A DNA stretch of 64,000 nt from Tubiluchus corallicola (lineage: Eukaryota; Animalia; Priapulida). The notes beneath the pieces were generated by a model. It was not told the origin of the DNA. It searched no databases and worked only from the letters and a program-made list of their open reading frames with translations. The stretch spans positions 1 through 64,000 of the forward strand of contig JAQGDQ010000355.1 in assembly GCA_030141605.1 (NCBI GenBank), written 5' to 3'. The translations under genes were made by a program, and so were the position numbers. Positions 1 through 22,050 of the stretch are shown here, in pieces. Position 1 is the stretch's first letter, and each line of letters starts with the position of its first letter.

Positions 1-3000
1 GAATAAAGAGGAACAGAGTATAGCAGACTGAAATAGATTGAGAGAGTACTCTGATTGGAATAAAGAGGAGCCGAGTGTAGCAGACTGAAATGGAGTGAAG
101 TGGAATAGAGTGGGAGAGTACTCTGATTGGAATGAAGAGGAGCAGAGTATAGCAGACTGAAATGGAGTGAAGGGAGTAGAGTGAGAGAGTACTCTGATTG
201 GAATAAAAAGGAGCAGAGTATAGCAGACTGAAATGGAGTGAAGTGGAGTAGAGTGGGAGAGTACCCTGATTGGAATAGAGAGGAGCAGAGTATAGAAGAC
301 TGAAATGGAGTGAAGTGGAGTAGAGTGGGAGAGTACCCTGATTGGAATAAAGAGGAGCAGAGTATAGCAGACTGAAATGGAGTGAAGTGGAGTAGAGTGG
401 GAGAGTACTCTGATTGGAATAAAGAGGAGCAGAGTATAGCAGACTGAAATAGAGTGGGAGAGTACTCTGATTGGAATAAAGAGGAGCCGAGTGTAGCAGA
501 CTGAAATGGAGTGAAGTGGAATAGAGTGGGAGAGTACTCTGATTGGAATGAAGAGGAGCAGAGTATAGCAGACTGAAATGGAGTGAAGGGAGTAGAGTGA
601 GAGAGTACTCTGATTGGAATAAAAAGGAGCAGAGTATAGCAGACTGAAATGGAGTGAAGTGGAGTAGAGTGGGAGAGTACTCTGATTGGAATGAAGAGGA
701 GCAGAGTATAGCAGACTGAAATGGAGTGAAGGGCATAGAGTGAGAGAGTACTCTGATTGGAATAAAGAGGAGCAGAGTATAGCAGACTGAAATGGAGTGA
801 AGTGGAGTAGAGTGGGAGAGTACTCTGATTGGAATAAAGAGGAGCAGAGTATAGCAGACTGAAATAGAGTGGGAGAGTACTCTGATTGGAATAAAGCGGA
901 GCCGAGTGTAGCAGACTGAAATGGAGTGAAGTGGAATAGAGTGGGAGAGTACTCTGATTGGAATAAAGAGGAGCAGAGTATAGTAGACTGAAATGGAGTG
1001 AAGGGAGTAGAGTGAGAGAGTACTCTGATTGGAATAAAGAGGAGCAGAGTATAGCAGACTGAAATGGAGTGAAGTGGAATAGAGTGGGAGAGTACCCTGA
1101 TTGGAATAAAGAGGAGCAGAGTATAGTAGACTGAAATGGAGTGAAGTGGAGTACAGTGGGAGAGTACTCTGATTGGAATAGAGAGGAGCAGAGTATAGCA
1201 GACTGAAATGAAGTGAAGGGAGTAGAGTGGGAGAGTACCCTGACTGGAATAAAGAGGAGCCGAGTGTAGCAGACTGAAATGAAGTGAAGTGGAATAGAGT
1301 GGGAGAGTACTCTGATTGGAATAAAGAGGAGTAGAGTATAGCAGACTGAAATGGAGTGAAGGGAATAGAGTGGGAGAGTACCTGATGGATAAGAGGACGA
1401 GTTAGCAACTGAAATGGAGTGAAGTGGAATAGAGTGGGAGAGTACCCTGATTGGAATAAAGAGGAGCCGAGTGTAGCAGACTGAAATGGAGTGAAGGGAG
1501 TAGAGTGGGAGAGTACTCTGATTGGAATAAAGAGGAGCAGAGTATAGCAGACTGAAATAGAGTGGGAGAGTACTCTGATTGGAATAAAGAGGAGCCGAGT
1601 ATAGTAGACTGAAATGGAGTGAAGGGAGTAGAGTGAGAGAGTACTCTGATTGGAATAGAGAGGAGTAGAGTATAGCAGACTGAAATGGAGTGAAGGGAGT
1701 AGAGTGGGAGAGTACTCTGATTGGAATAAAGCAGAGTAGAGTATAGCAGACTGAAATGAAGTGAAGTGGAGTAGAGTGGGAGAGTACTCTGATTGGAATA
1801 AAGCGGAGTAGAGTATAGCAGACTGAAATGGAGTGAAGGGAGTAGAGTGGGAGAGTACTCTGATTGGAATAAAGCGGAGTAGAGTATAGCAGACTGAAAT
1901 GGAGTGAAGGGAGCAGAGTGGGAGAGTACTCTGATTGGAATGAAGAGGAGCCGAGTGTAGCAGACTGAAATGAAGTGAAGTGGAATAGAGTGGGAGAGTA
2001 CTCTGATTGGAATAAAGAGGAGCCGAGTATAGCAGACTGAAATGAAGTGAAGTGGAGTAGAGTGGGAGAGTACCCTGATTGGAATAAAGAGGAGCCGAGT
2101 GTAGCAGACTGAAATGGAGTGAAGGGAGTACAGTGGGAAAGTACCCTGATTGGAATAAAGAGGAGCCGAGTATAGTAGACTGAAATGGAGTGAAGTGGAG
2201 TAGAGTGGGAGAGTACTCTGATTGGAATAAAGAGGAGCCGAGTATAGCAGACTGAAATGGAGTGAAGTGGAGTAGAGTGGGAGAGTACCCTGATTGGAAT
2301 AAAGAGGAGCAGAGTATAGCAGACTGAAATGGAGTGAAGTGGAGTAGAGTGGGAGAGTACCCTGATTGGAATAAAGTGGAGCAGAGTATAGCAGACTGAA
2401 ATGGAGTGAAGGGAGCAGAGTGGGAGAGTACTCTGATTGGAATAGAGGAGCAGAGTATAGCAGACTGAAATGAAGTGAAGTGGAATAGAGTGGGAGAGTA
2501 CCCTGATTGGAATAAAGAGGAGTAGAGTATAGCAGACTGAAATGGAGTGAAGTGGAGTAGAGTGGGAGAGTACCCTGATTGGAATAAAGTGGAGCCGAGT
2601 ATAGCAGACTGAAATGGAGTGAAGGGAGCAGAGTGGGAGAGTACTCTGATTGGAATAAAGAGGAGCAGAGTATAGCAGACTGAAATGAAGTGAAGTGGAA
2701 TAGAGTGGGAGAGTACCCTGATTGGAATAAAGAGGAGTAGAGTATAGCAGACTGAAATGGAGTGAAGTGGAGTAGAGTGGGAGAGTACCCTGATTGGAAT
2801 AAAGTGGAGCCGAGTATAGCAGACTGAAATGGAGTGAAGGGAGCAGAGTGGGAGAGTACTCTGATTGGAATAAAGAGGAGCCGAGTATAGCAGACTGAAA
2901 TGGATTGAAGTGGAGTAGAGTGGGAGAGTACTCTGATTGGAATAAAGAGGAGTAGAGTATAGCAGACTGAAATGGAGTGAAGTGGAGTAGAGTGGGAGAG

Positions 3001-3258
3001 TACCCTGATTGGAATAAAGAGGAGCCGAGTATAGCAGACTGAAATGGAGTGAAGGGAGCAGAGTGGGAGAGTACTCTGATTGGAATAAAGAGGAGCCGAG
3101 TATAGCAGACTGAAATGGAGTGAAGTGGAGTAGAGTGGGAGAGTACTCTGATTGGAATAAAGAGGAGTAGAGTATAGCAGACTGAAATGGAGTGAAGTGG
3201 AGTAGAGTGGGAGAGTACTCTGATTGGAATAAAGAGGAGCCGAGTGTAGCAGACTGAA
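1..3258. repeat. Purine-rich 72-bp tandem satellite (71- and 57-bp variants), runs off the window start; intronic in SND1
   Basis: Unit GAATAAAGAGGAGCAGAGTATAGCAGACTGAAATGGAGTGAAGTGGAGTAGAGTGGGAGAGTACTCTGATTG with starts at 58, 130, 201, 273, 345, 417; 57-bp variants lack the GGAGTGAAGTGGAGT segment. Confidence 0.97.
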
Positions 3259-3279
3259 AGTACAAATAGTCTAAATTTT

Positions 3280-3620
3280 CGCAGTTCAAGAATATGCCGG
3301 CACACGGTTTTTAAGCAGGTGACAACTGATAATAAACTGTGTGAGCAACAGTACTTTCTCCACCTAGCTGCAGCAGCCCCTAACAGTGCAGTGTACAGCG
3401 TGTGATCTCAGACGTGTGCGCATAGCTGCATGCGCACAAGAGCCAAACACACCACTGTGCTGGACTGTGAAGCAAACAGTACGACCCTCACTTGCTCTGG
3501 TTCTGTAAATGTATAAAGAAAAGACTAAACAAAAAAGACTTATTATATTGAATATTATCAATAAAATTGAGTAAAAATAGAGGGTGCTGCAGTTCCACTG
3601 TATCTATATACATGCTAAGC
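3280..3620 (+). repeat. Dispersed repeat; second copy at about 12855-13160
   Basis: Shared blocks TTCAAGAATAT, TTAAGCAGGTGACAACTGA, ACAGTACTTTCTC, GTGAAGCAAACAGTAC, GTGCTGCAGTTCCAC in both SND1 introns. Confidence 0.75.
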
Positions 3621-3956
3621 TTGTAAACGATCCTTTGCAGAGATAAGTAATCCCTGATTTTGTTGGTTAATAAACTTTTGTTCCTTTAGTAATGTTTTGT
3701 TTATTTGTTTAAGAAAATTACATTTTGTTATAGCCATAACTGTGAATGGTGAATTCAATGTTAAAGAAGAGTAATTAATAACAGGTTTCAGCTTTCAGTT
3801 TTCACGCATGAATCCATGGTTCGGTCAAAGTGTACCAAAAAGTTACTTAAATAAAGAAAACAAAACTATCTATACTTGTTCTTTTTTTCTCATTCAGTGA
3901 TGTGATAAGTACGGATGGAAATTTTCAGCAAAATCCTAATTTGGACATTTTTTCAG

Positions 3957-14264
<10,308 letters not shown>

Positions 14265-15219
14265 ACGATCCAGATCTGTTTTTCTCAGAGATTACAGCCT
14301 AACGCAGTAATTATAGCACTGTTGTTTCACACAGTCCGGTGCGGCAAGTCCTACGTCCAAAGAAAAACCTTGACTTCTGTTCCAAACTTCTTTGTGACTC
14401 GCATTTTTGACTTCAAGGCAACTTCTCTTGCCCAGTTCTGATCTCTAACATAATTGATTTTAATTCATTCCTAAAAAATGAGGGTGTTTACCAATTTTTT
14501 TACTATATCATACCACCTGTTACTATATCATACCACCTGTTACTGTATCATACCACCTGTACTGTATCATGACGTGTCATTTTTTTCTTATTATTGTATG
14601 TGTAATTAATAACCCACCAAGGATAGGTGAATATTTAATCCGGGCTGCGTTTGTATGTGGGTATATTTTTTTAACAAATTGGTATGTATGATTTGGCCCA
14701 GTTCACACAAAATATTGTGGATATTTAAAGAAAATGTTCTTCTAGATGTGTTAGCATCTTTAAACAGGAAAGCAGGGGCTAAATGTGAGCGGCCAGCAAG
14801 GTGGGTGAAGCTAAAACTCAAATTCCTGCAGGGTTATCGCTGTTGATGCTTACTCAAAATTCTGCTTTGCTTTATTAGTTTTTCGACCTCGGGGTAGCGT
14901 ATCAACGAGCTCGTTTTAAACGGCTTCATTACCATAAACCTTTGACTGTGATACGGCATAAGGTAAATGCACAAATATTTGGAACCAAGATGATGGCCGT
15001 TCATTTTCGAGTAGCGATGTTTGTGTAAGTTTTTTTTGTACCATTATTCATTGTGTGTTTGTAGAATCATGCTAAGTTTTGTTTGGAAATTGTTTGGGTG
15101 TATGTGTAAATTACTGCTGTACTTTTTCTTACTATCACGTATTAAGGTATGCTAAACTGAATTGGTTGATAGCGTGTTTTTTAACTTGACTGAAGTGTGT
15201 CCAGGTGTTAATAGTACTT

Positions 15220-15267
15220 AATAAATACAGTGTATTGTGTAAACTGGACTTAATAAACGGGAATAAA
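15220..15267 (+). terminator. Probable SND1 polyadenylation signal cluster
   Basis: Three AATAAA at 15220, 15252 and 15262, about 1 kb after the stop codon, followed by T-rich sequence. Confidence 0.55.
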
Positions 15268-16496
15268 ATGCTAAAAGCAAACAATTTCGTTTCGCATGTA
15301 TTTTAAATCCAAACAGTAAAATCAACTAACTCTTTGAAATAACTGACAAACGTTCTTTTTTGTATCTTACTTAGCTTTCTAGTTTTGTAATTTTTTCATC
15401 TAATTTTTGACTTTACCGTAATAAGCCTTTTCACAGTTCCAGTGATTGATGATGATCGTGAGGTCAAAGGTTAAGTGTACCATCTAGTGCATTTGTGTAC
15501 ACTTGACAACGCTTTGCAGCCCATGCTGTTGTAATAGTAATTAAGAAAAGACACGAATGCTAGCTGTAGAACCTTCTTAGTTCATTTTTTCTTGCTCCCG
15601 AGCACAGGCTAATGCATAATTAAGTAAAGTCCACGTAAAGCAACTGAACTCTGGGCTTTGCTTTACCCACTTCACGTGACGGTTGTAGCTAAGACGTGCT
15701 GCATAACCTTTGACCTACAGCAACTGCGCGTGTGCACAACGAAACTGTGAAAAGGCTCATTATTGTCTCAATATTTTTGGGGAAGTTTTTATCAACATTA
15801 AGAGGCAGTATAAGTATAAGGGCTTCAGGCAAGATACACTGGGTAAACTTTAGGTATGTAATACACATTTTGCCACTAACCGTAGCAAGTTACAATTTCT
15901 TAAAAGTTAACTTGCAACTGTAACTATAGTTCCTTTTTTGTTTTAACTTATAACAGAAATAACAGTTACTTTAATTGCTACGTTTGTCCTGATCAAATCA
16001 GGAAAGTTTGTTAATTACACGTCACATAAATATTGCACTCTGCCCATTACATATACAATTCTTTCACTTCTGTACAATCGATTGTTGTTAGCAAGTCAAT
16101 GGCACAACTTCATTGTAACATAAATTTTGATAGTCTCATAATAATACCAGAAGTGACAACAACTTTGCGTAACAGTTACTTTTTAAAGGAACTGTAACTG
16201 CTACTAGTTACTTTTTTGACAGTTTAACTGGTAACTGTAATGACTTACATTTTTAAAAGTGCAAGTGTAACTGTTACATTAGTAAAGGAACTATCCCAAC
16301 ATTGCATTTTGGGATACCGACACTCCCTGTTTGTTGTGTTCACGCAATGGAATGCTAAACAATGTTAATACATAATGTAGCGATAAACTAGGTGGTACGC
16401 ACGAGGTAACACAAAATTATGAAAATTAATGAGTAAGTAATTAACATCGTTCTTCCAAATGAAACAAATTCCGTAGTACCGAAAGTTCACCACAAT

Positions 16497-16911
16497 TAGG
16501 GTTGCCAGATTAGAAAATCAGAAATACGAGTCACTTAAAATCTCCCTCTGTATTACTATATATATAAATTCGTACATACCTACACACCCAGACCAATATA
16601 TTACGTAAAAGTAGAGACATAACTTAAAAACATAAAGCAAGTTGCAAACAGGGAGCAAATACGTCAGTTTTGTGAAAACACCTAGCAACACTAATTTCCT
16701 CGGTACATTTGGGTTATTTTCATCAAGAGAATCTGAGGAAAGAAAGTCTAATTATAAAGTTACAACTAAGAACTGTAAGAAGGTTGTGAAAACATTACGA
16801 AATTTGAAAATGAACTAAATACGGGACTTTGGGGTGTCCCTGAAAGGTCAGTACAGGACGGGACAAAAATATGGGACATGTCACACATATAAGGGACGTC
16901 TGGCAACCCTA
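16497..16911. mobile_element. hAT-type MITE
   Basis: TIR TAGGGTTGCCAGA/TCTGGCAACCCTA; exact 8-bp TSD ACCACAAT at 16489-16496 and 16912-16919. Confidence 0.9.
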
Positions 16912-17185
16912 ACCACAATGTAATTTTTTGAATATCAAAACGGTTCTGCATGCTAGACCAATTACATGTGTGTCATTGTTTCGAAGTCCACCGTGATTTA
17001 TGTAAACAGTAACAAAGATACAGTTAGTTCTCTAGATGAACTTCTCATATGCTAGTGAAAGGGTGTGTGAAGCTTATCCAATAGCTGAAACTTATGCACT
17101 TGATTACAAAACTTATTTGATCGATTTCTAAGAAAAATCCCACAATTTTATAAGCAATTTCATCATAAAATAAATACGGGTGAAC

Positions 17186-17661
17186 ATTATTATTATTATT
17201 ATTATTTACAAACAATTCTATTATAAACGATGATGTTTTGAGAACACACACTTATTCTCCTCTTCAGATAACTAAAGCCTTTTATGTAAAAAATTCGATT
17301 CCAACGAGTTTTTCTGAATTAGATACGAACATTTTGTGAACACTGCTTCTCGGCTCACTGAAGCATATAATCTAAAAAAATGTATATATGGATATATATA
17401 TATATATAACAAGGATAATTTAAAAAAACATTTAAACAATGGCTCTAAATTATCATTGTTACGTGTCTCTGTATTTAAATTCTAGAATTCTTTAAATTCA
17501 CAGATAATATAACATGATAACAGCACTAAATTGTCTGTATTTAAATTTTAGAATTTTTTACATAAAAGGCTTTAGTTATCTGAAGAGGAGAATAAGTGTG
17601 TGTTCTCAAAACATCATGGTTTATAATAAAATTGTTTGTAAATAATAATAATAATAATAAT
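17186..17661. repeat. About 110-bp near-perfect inverted duplication
   Basis: 17186-17296 is the reverse complement of 17551-17661 (GAGAACACACACTTATTCTCCTCTTCAGATAACTAAAGCCTTTTATGTAAAAAATTC). Confidence 0.9.
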
Positions 17662-18389
17662 TGTTTGTAAATAATGTGGTGCACTTACATTCTAAAAGAT
17701 TTACCAGATCATAACAACATGCGGGTTAACAAATAACGCAAATATTAATTAACATCTTCATTAACTCATTCGAAGCTGGACAGCTTCAATGATAATATTT
17801 AACAACAATTTAGCGAAAATTATAGACCAGGTCAAAATTTGAACGAAGAATTGCACTCCTAAGCAATGGAGCATTCGGTTCAAGTCTTGATCTGGGCGAA
17901 AAATTTTAAAAAATGCTTGTTTTATTGTTAATCCATACAATTCTCAGGTATAATCACAGGTAAGATCATGCCGAATGTTTTTTCATACACAAAAATTGCG
18001 TAAACAACAACATCTAAGCAAAGTAGCAGTTACATTATTTATAATACTGAATATTATCAAAGAAATATTATTAAATGATAAATAAATTTGCCACACAACG
18101 AGTACAGGCAGGTGAGCAAAAACATAACTGAAAAATCTTATAAGAATAAATATTTTAAAATTGATTTTAAAATAACGTCAGAATGCCGCTAAATCTTGAT
18201 TCGGCAAATCAAGCAAATGCACTTTCTATTCGTACGTCAAATAAACTGCTCAATTATAATTCATGGAATGCTTTTCAGATCCATAACTTGAAAAATGCAA
18301 CACGTGTATTCTCAATAAACAAAGCTTGTAGAATACAATAAATAACAAATATGCTTATAAATAAACAAGTTAATAAATAAATAAAACGA

Positions 18390-18723
18390 AACAACTCTGA
18401 TTTGACTAGAAACAAGAAACAACTTTGGTTTGACTAGAAACAAGAAACAACTTTGGTTTGACTAGAAACAAGAAACAACTTTGGTTTGACTAGAAACAAG
18501 AAACAACTCTGGTTTGACTAGAAACAAGAAACAACTTTGGTTTGACTAGAAACAAGAAACAACTTTGGTTTGACTAGAAACAAGAAACAACTCTGGTTTG
18601 ACTAAAAACAAGAAACAACTTTGGTTTGACTAGAAACAAGAAACAACTTTGGTTTGACTAGAAACAAGAAACAACTTTGGTTTGACTAGAAACAAGAAAC
18701 AACTCTGGTTTAACTAGAAACAA
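18390..18723. repeat. 28-bp minisatellite, about 12 copies, just downstream of the JIP stop codon
   Basis: Unit TTTGACTAGAAACAAGAAACAACTTTGG. Confidence 0.95.
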
Positions 18724-18905
18724 AAATTACAGATGTATAGAATAAATAAAGTTACGAATACATCAATAAAGTTCTCCTTTTCATCAGAAGAGAGATTGAC
18801 AGAGATGTAAATAGTCTTAGCGGTAATTAGGAGCACAAAGCCATAAAGAGCAGGAACGAAGTGGTAATGAACCAACCATAAATGGCAGAATTATACCGGT
18901 GAAAC

Positions 18906-21900
18906 TTAATCCATGTATATGTCTTCAGTCGGATGCGAAGTCGCCATATATTCCCTGTACTCCTGATAGAACAGTTTGAACGAGGCTCCGACGGCCTCCG
19001 CAACCGGTTGAGTGGATTTGTCGCCCAAAAACACGTGGCAGGCAAACTGTTGCTCCGTCAAATGTTTCGTGATGAAGCCGAAATACCTGTAATAAGGCAG
19101 CGGATTTGAAATAACGGTCATCAAAAGATGGACTCTGGTCAAAATGATGGTGAGAATGCCTTGCACACCACACAACATCCAATGTAAATGTAGTTTTTTC
19201 TTTGGACCTCTTATATGTGGAGTTTTTTACCAGAAAATGTTTTCCACCCTAACTACAAGCTTTCATAAGAATGTTAATGTGTACCACCAATTAGACGCAA
19301 TATATATTATATATGTATATTGGTGATACAAATTCATATATATATTGATATGTATTGTAATTATATATATTGATATGTATTGTAATTATATGTATTGATA
19401 GGTATTGTAATTATATCTATTGATATGTATTGTAATGATATGTATTGATAAGCATTGTAATTATATGTATTGATATGTATTGTAATTATATGTATTGATA
19501 TGTATTGTAATTATATGTATTGATATGTATTGTAATTATATGTATTGATATGTATTGTAATTATATGTATTGATATGTATTGTAATGATATGTATTGATA
19601 TGCATTGTAATTATATGTATTGATAGGTATTGTAATTATATGTATTGATATGTATTGTAATTATATGTATTGATATGTATTGTAATGATATGTATTGATA
19701 TGTATTGTAATTATATGTATTGATATGTATTGTAATTATATGTATTGATATGTATTGTAATGATATGTATTGATATGCATTGTAATTATATGTATTGATC
19801 TGTATTGTAATTATATGTATTCATATTTGCACCTTCATAGTATAGCCTCTTACACAGAACAGCCAGATTGGCTTTTTTGCGATAATTTGTATAAAAAAAA
19901 CTGATCAACAAATGTAGCCTTAATATAGAGCTGATTACAATTGCACTCAAACTAGCAAATACTTTTTGACAAATGCTTAGCAGCAGTTCGATTTCTGGTT
20001 CCATGGCGCACTTGCGTCTAGAAGAACTACCGTTTTTCTTCAATGGCTTAAAGCATTCAATCACATAAAAACGGAAATATGTTACACGAATCTTGCGACA
20101 ATTGTACAAATGCACAATAACCGAATTCCGTACAAGATCTGCCATGCTCACACGACTGCAGTCTAATGTTCATAGCGTTGATCTTGTAACCCAAAGGTCC
20201 TGGGTTCAAATGCCGAATGTTTTCATATTTTCTTCTTTTCGTTCAAGTTTGGTTTCAAAAATTACACAATTTTGGATTTGTGCCATCACTACAAACCACC
20301 TTCAAGCTAGAATAATTATTACTGTGATTATTTATATTATTTGTCGCATTAATATTATATACACAATTAAATTACCCAACTACACGAATGAGTGCTTCTT
20401 CTATAAGCTTGTATTGTCTGTTAGAAAGCAATTTTATTATAAACTGGACCATAAACGTTTAGTATAACTGTTAGAAAATAAGTTATAAATTTACAAAATT
20501 TTGCCTATATAAACTATCATGCTGTTTAAAATGATTAAATTTTGCCGTTTTCTCATTCCCTAATTACAGCAATGAAAAATTTATTCACAGCTCCTAAGTT
20601 AAAACAATAACAGCAATTTTGATGTGCCCGCATCTGGTAACCACGGCAACCGAAATCCGCCTCAGATGCTGCAAATTCAGCGCACTTAGCACCATATTGA
20701 TCCGTATTGCGTCAGACGTACGCGTGATGCCATGAACAGGATAACTTTAGCTGATGTTAAACTCTACCTGACATTTCCATCTCCCGCACGTGTGTAATTC
20801 GCATGATCTACGATATCAGAGCACGATTAAAGACGACATGGAAATGGGAAATTGATGTGAAAGTATTTGCAGCTTAATACTGTGCAATGTAAACTGCATA
20901 GCCAAACTTGGCAGTACAGTGCGTCCATAAATCACAAATCCATGTAGACTTAAAAAATTATTACAAGCAGATATATAAATGAGGTTTTTACTATAGTAAT
21001 AATTGTGTTCCTTGCCATTTTTAAATATTATCAATTTTATCCCAGACATATGAGATCAAGTTTTTTAAAAAAGTTAGTTACGACATTGGTCTTTTTAAAA
21101 AAAATTTTGTGATTGTACCACCATCGAATAACATTTGCTAATGGCAGCAAAAATCTTCGACATCAAAATAAGTTTTATTTATTCTAAATTAAATGTTCTT
21201 TCATCTGGTTTTATCGGTTTTTATTTGTTCCCTTTTTTCCTTCCATATACAGGATTCAAACAGATTTTAAAATAAATTCCCTGACTTTTCCCTAACCAAA
21301 TATCAATTTTCCATGACCAAGATAAGCAGAAATTGCATTACCAGTATACATATTCAATCATTTTTGTGTATGTAGATTCATACATATACTCATGTATAAT
21401 GTGTCGGCCAATCATTACTTTTGGAACAGAAATTGAAAGTGGAAGCCTGCCATAGCAAAATTTCATTTGAACACGAATCGCCAAAAAATATGTTTGGAAA
21501 AATATCAGTTCACGGTGATTATTTTTGCAACCCTTTCCAATTTTTCTGCTTTTTCACGCCATTTTCATCATTTTCCCTAACTTTTTACCAAATTAGCCTT
21601 TACTCTGACTTTTCCTGACTTTCCAGAATAGTCTGTACTTTCAAGGATTTTCTCTGACCGTGCGAACCCTGCACATTTTTCGTACACATTTTAAGCACAA
21701 GCAGAACACCTGATCACTAACGGTAAAAGTTAAATGCAAGAAAGTACTGCTAAATTAGACAGTGAGAAAAAGTTCGATGCCTCCACTTGGACTCGAACCC
21801 AAACCTTCTGGTTTCCAGACACTATGCTAAAAATTTTGAAACTGCTTTATGCAAGGATCAAGAAGATATCAATACAAATTGATTGATGTGTATCTTAGAA

Positions 21901-22009
21901 AAATGAGTAAAAATCCTTTCAAGTAAATCAAAAGTATCACAAAACAAAATTCAAATTTAACCATAATACAGGTTAATTGTAAACTGTACTTGTAAATAGA
22001 TATATGAAG

Positions 22010-22050
<41 letters not shown>

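Noticed and set aside
1-3258. Stop-free minus-strand frame in the 72-bp satellite unit
   Set aside because: 71-bp variants break the frame, there is no convincing start, and the array is intronic
20160-20215. Possible tRNA gene
   Set aside because: Only A/B-box-like remnants and no acceptor stem; better read as a decayed SINE head
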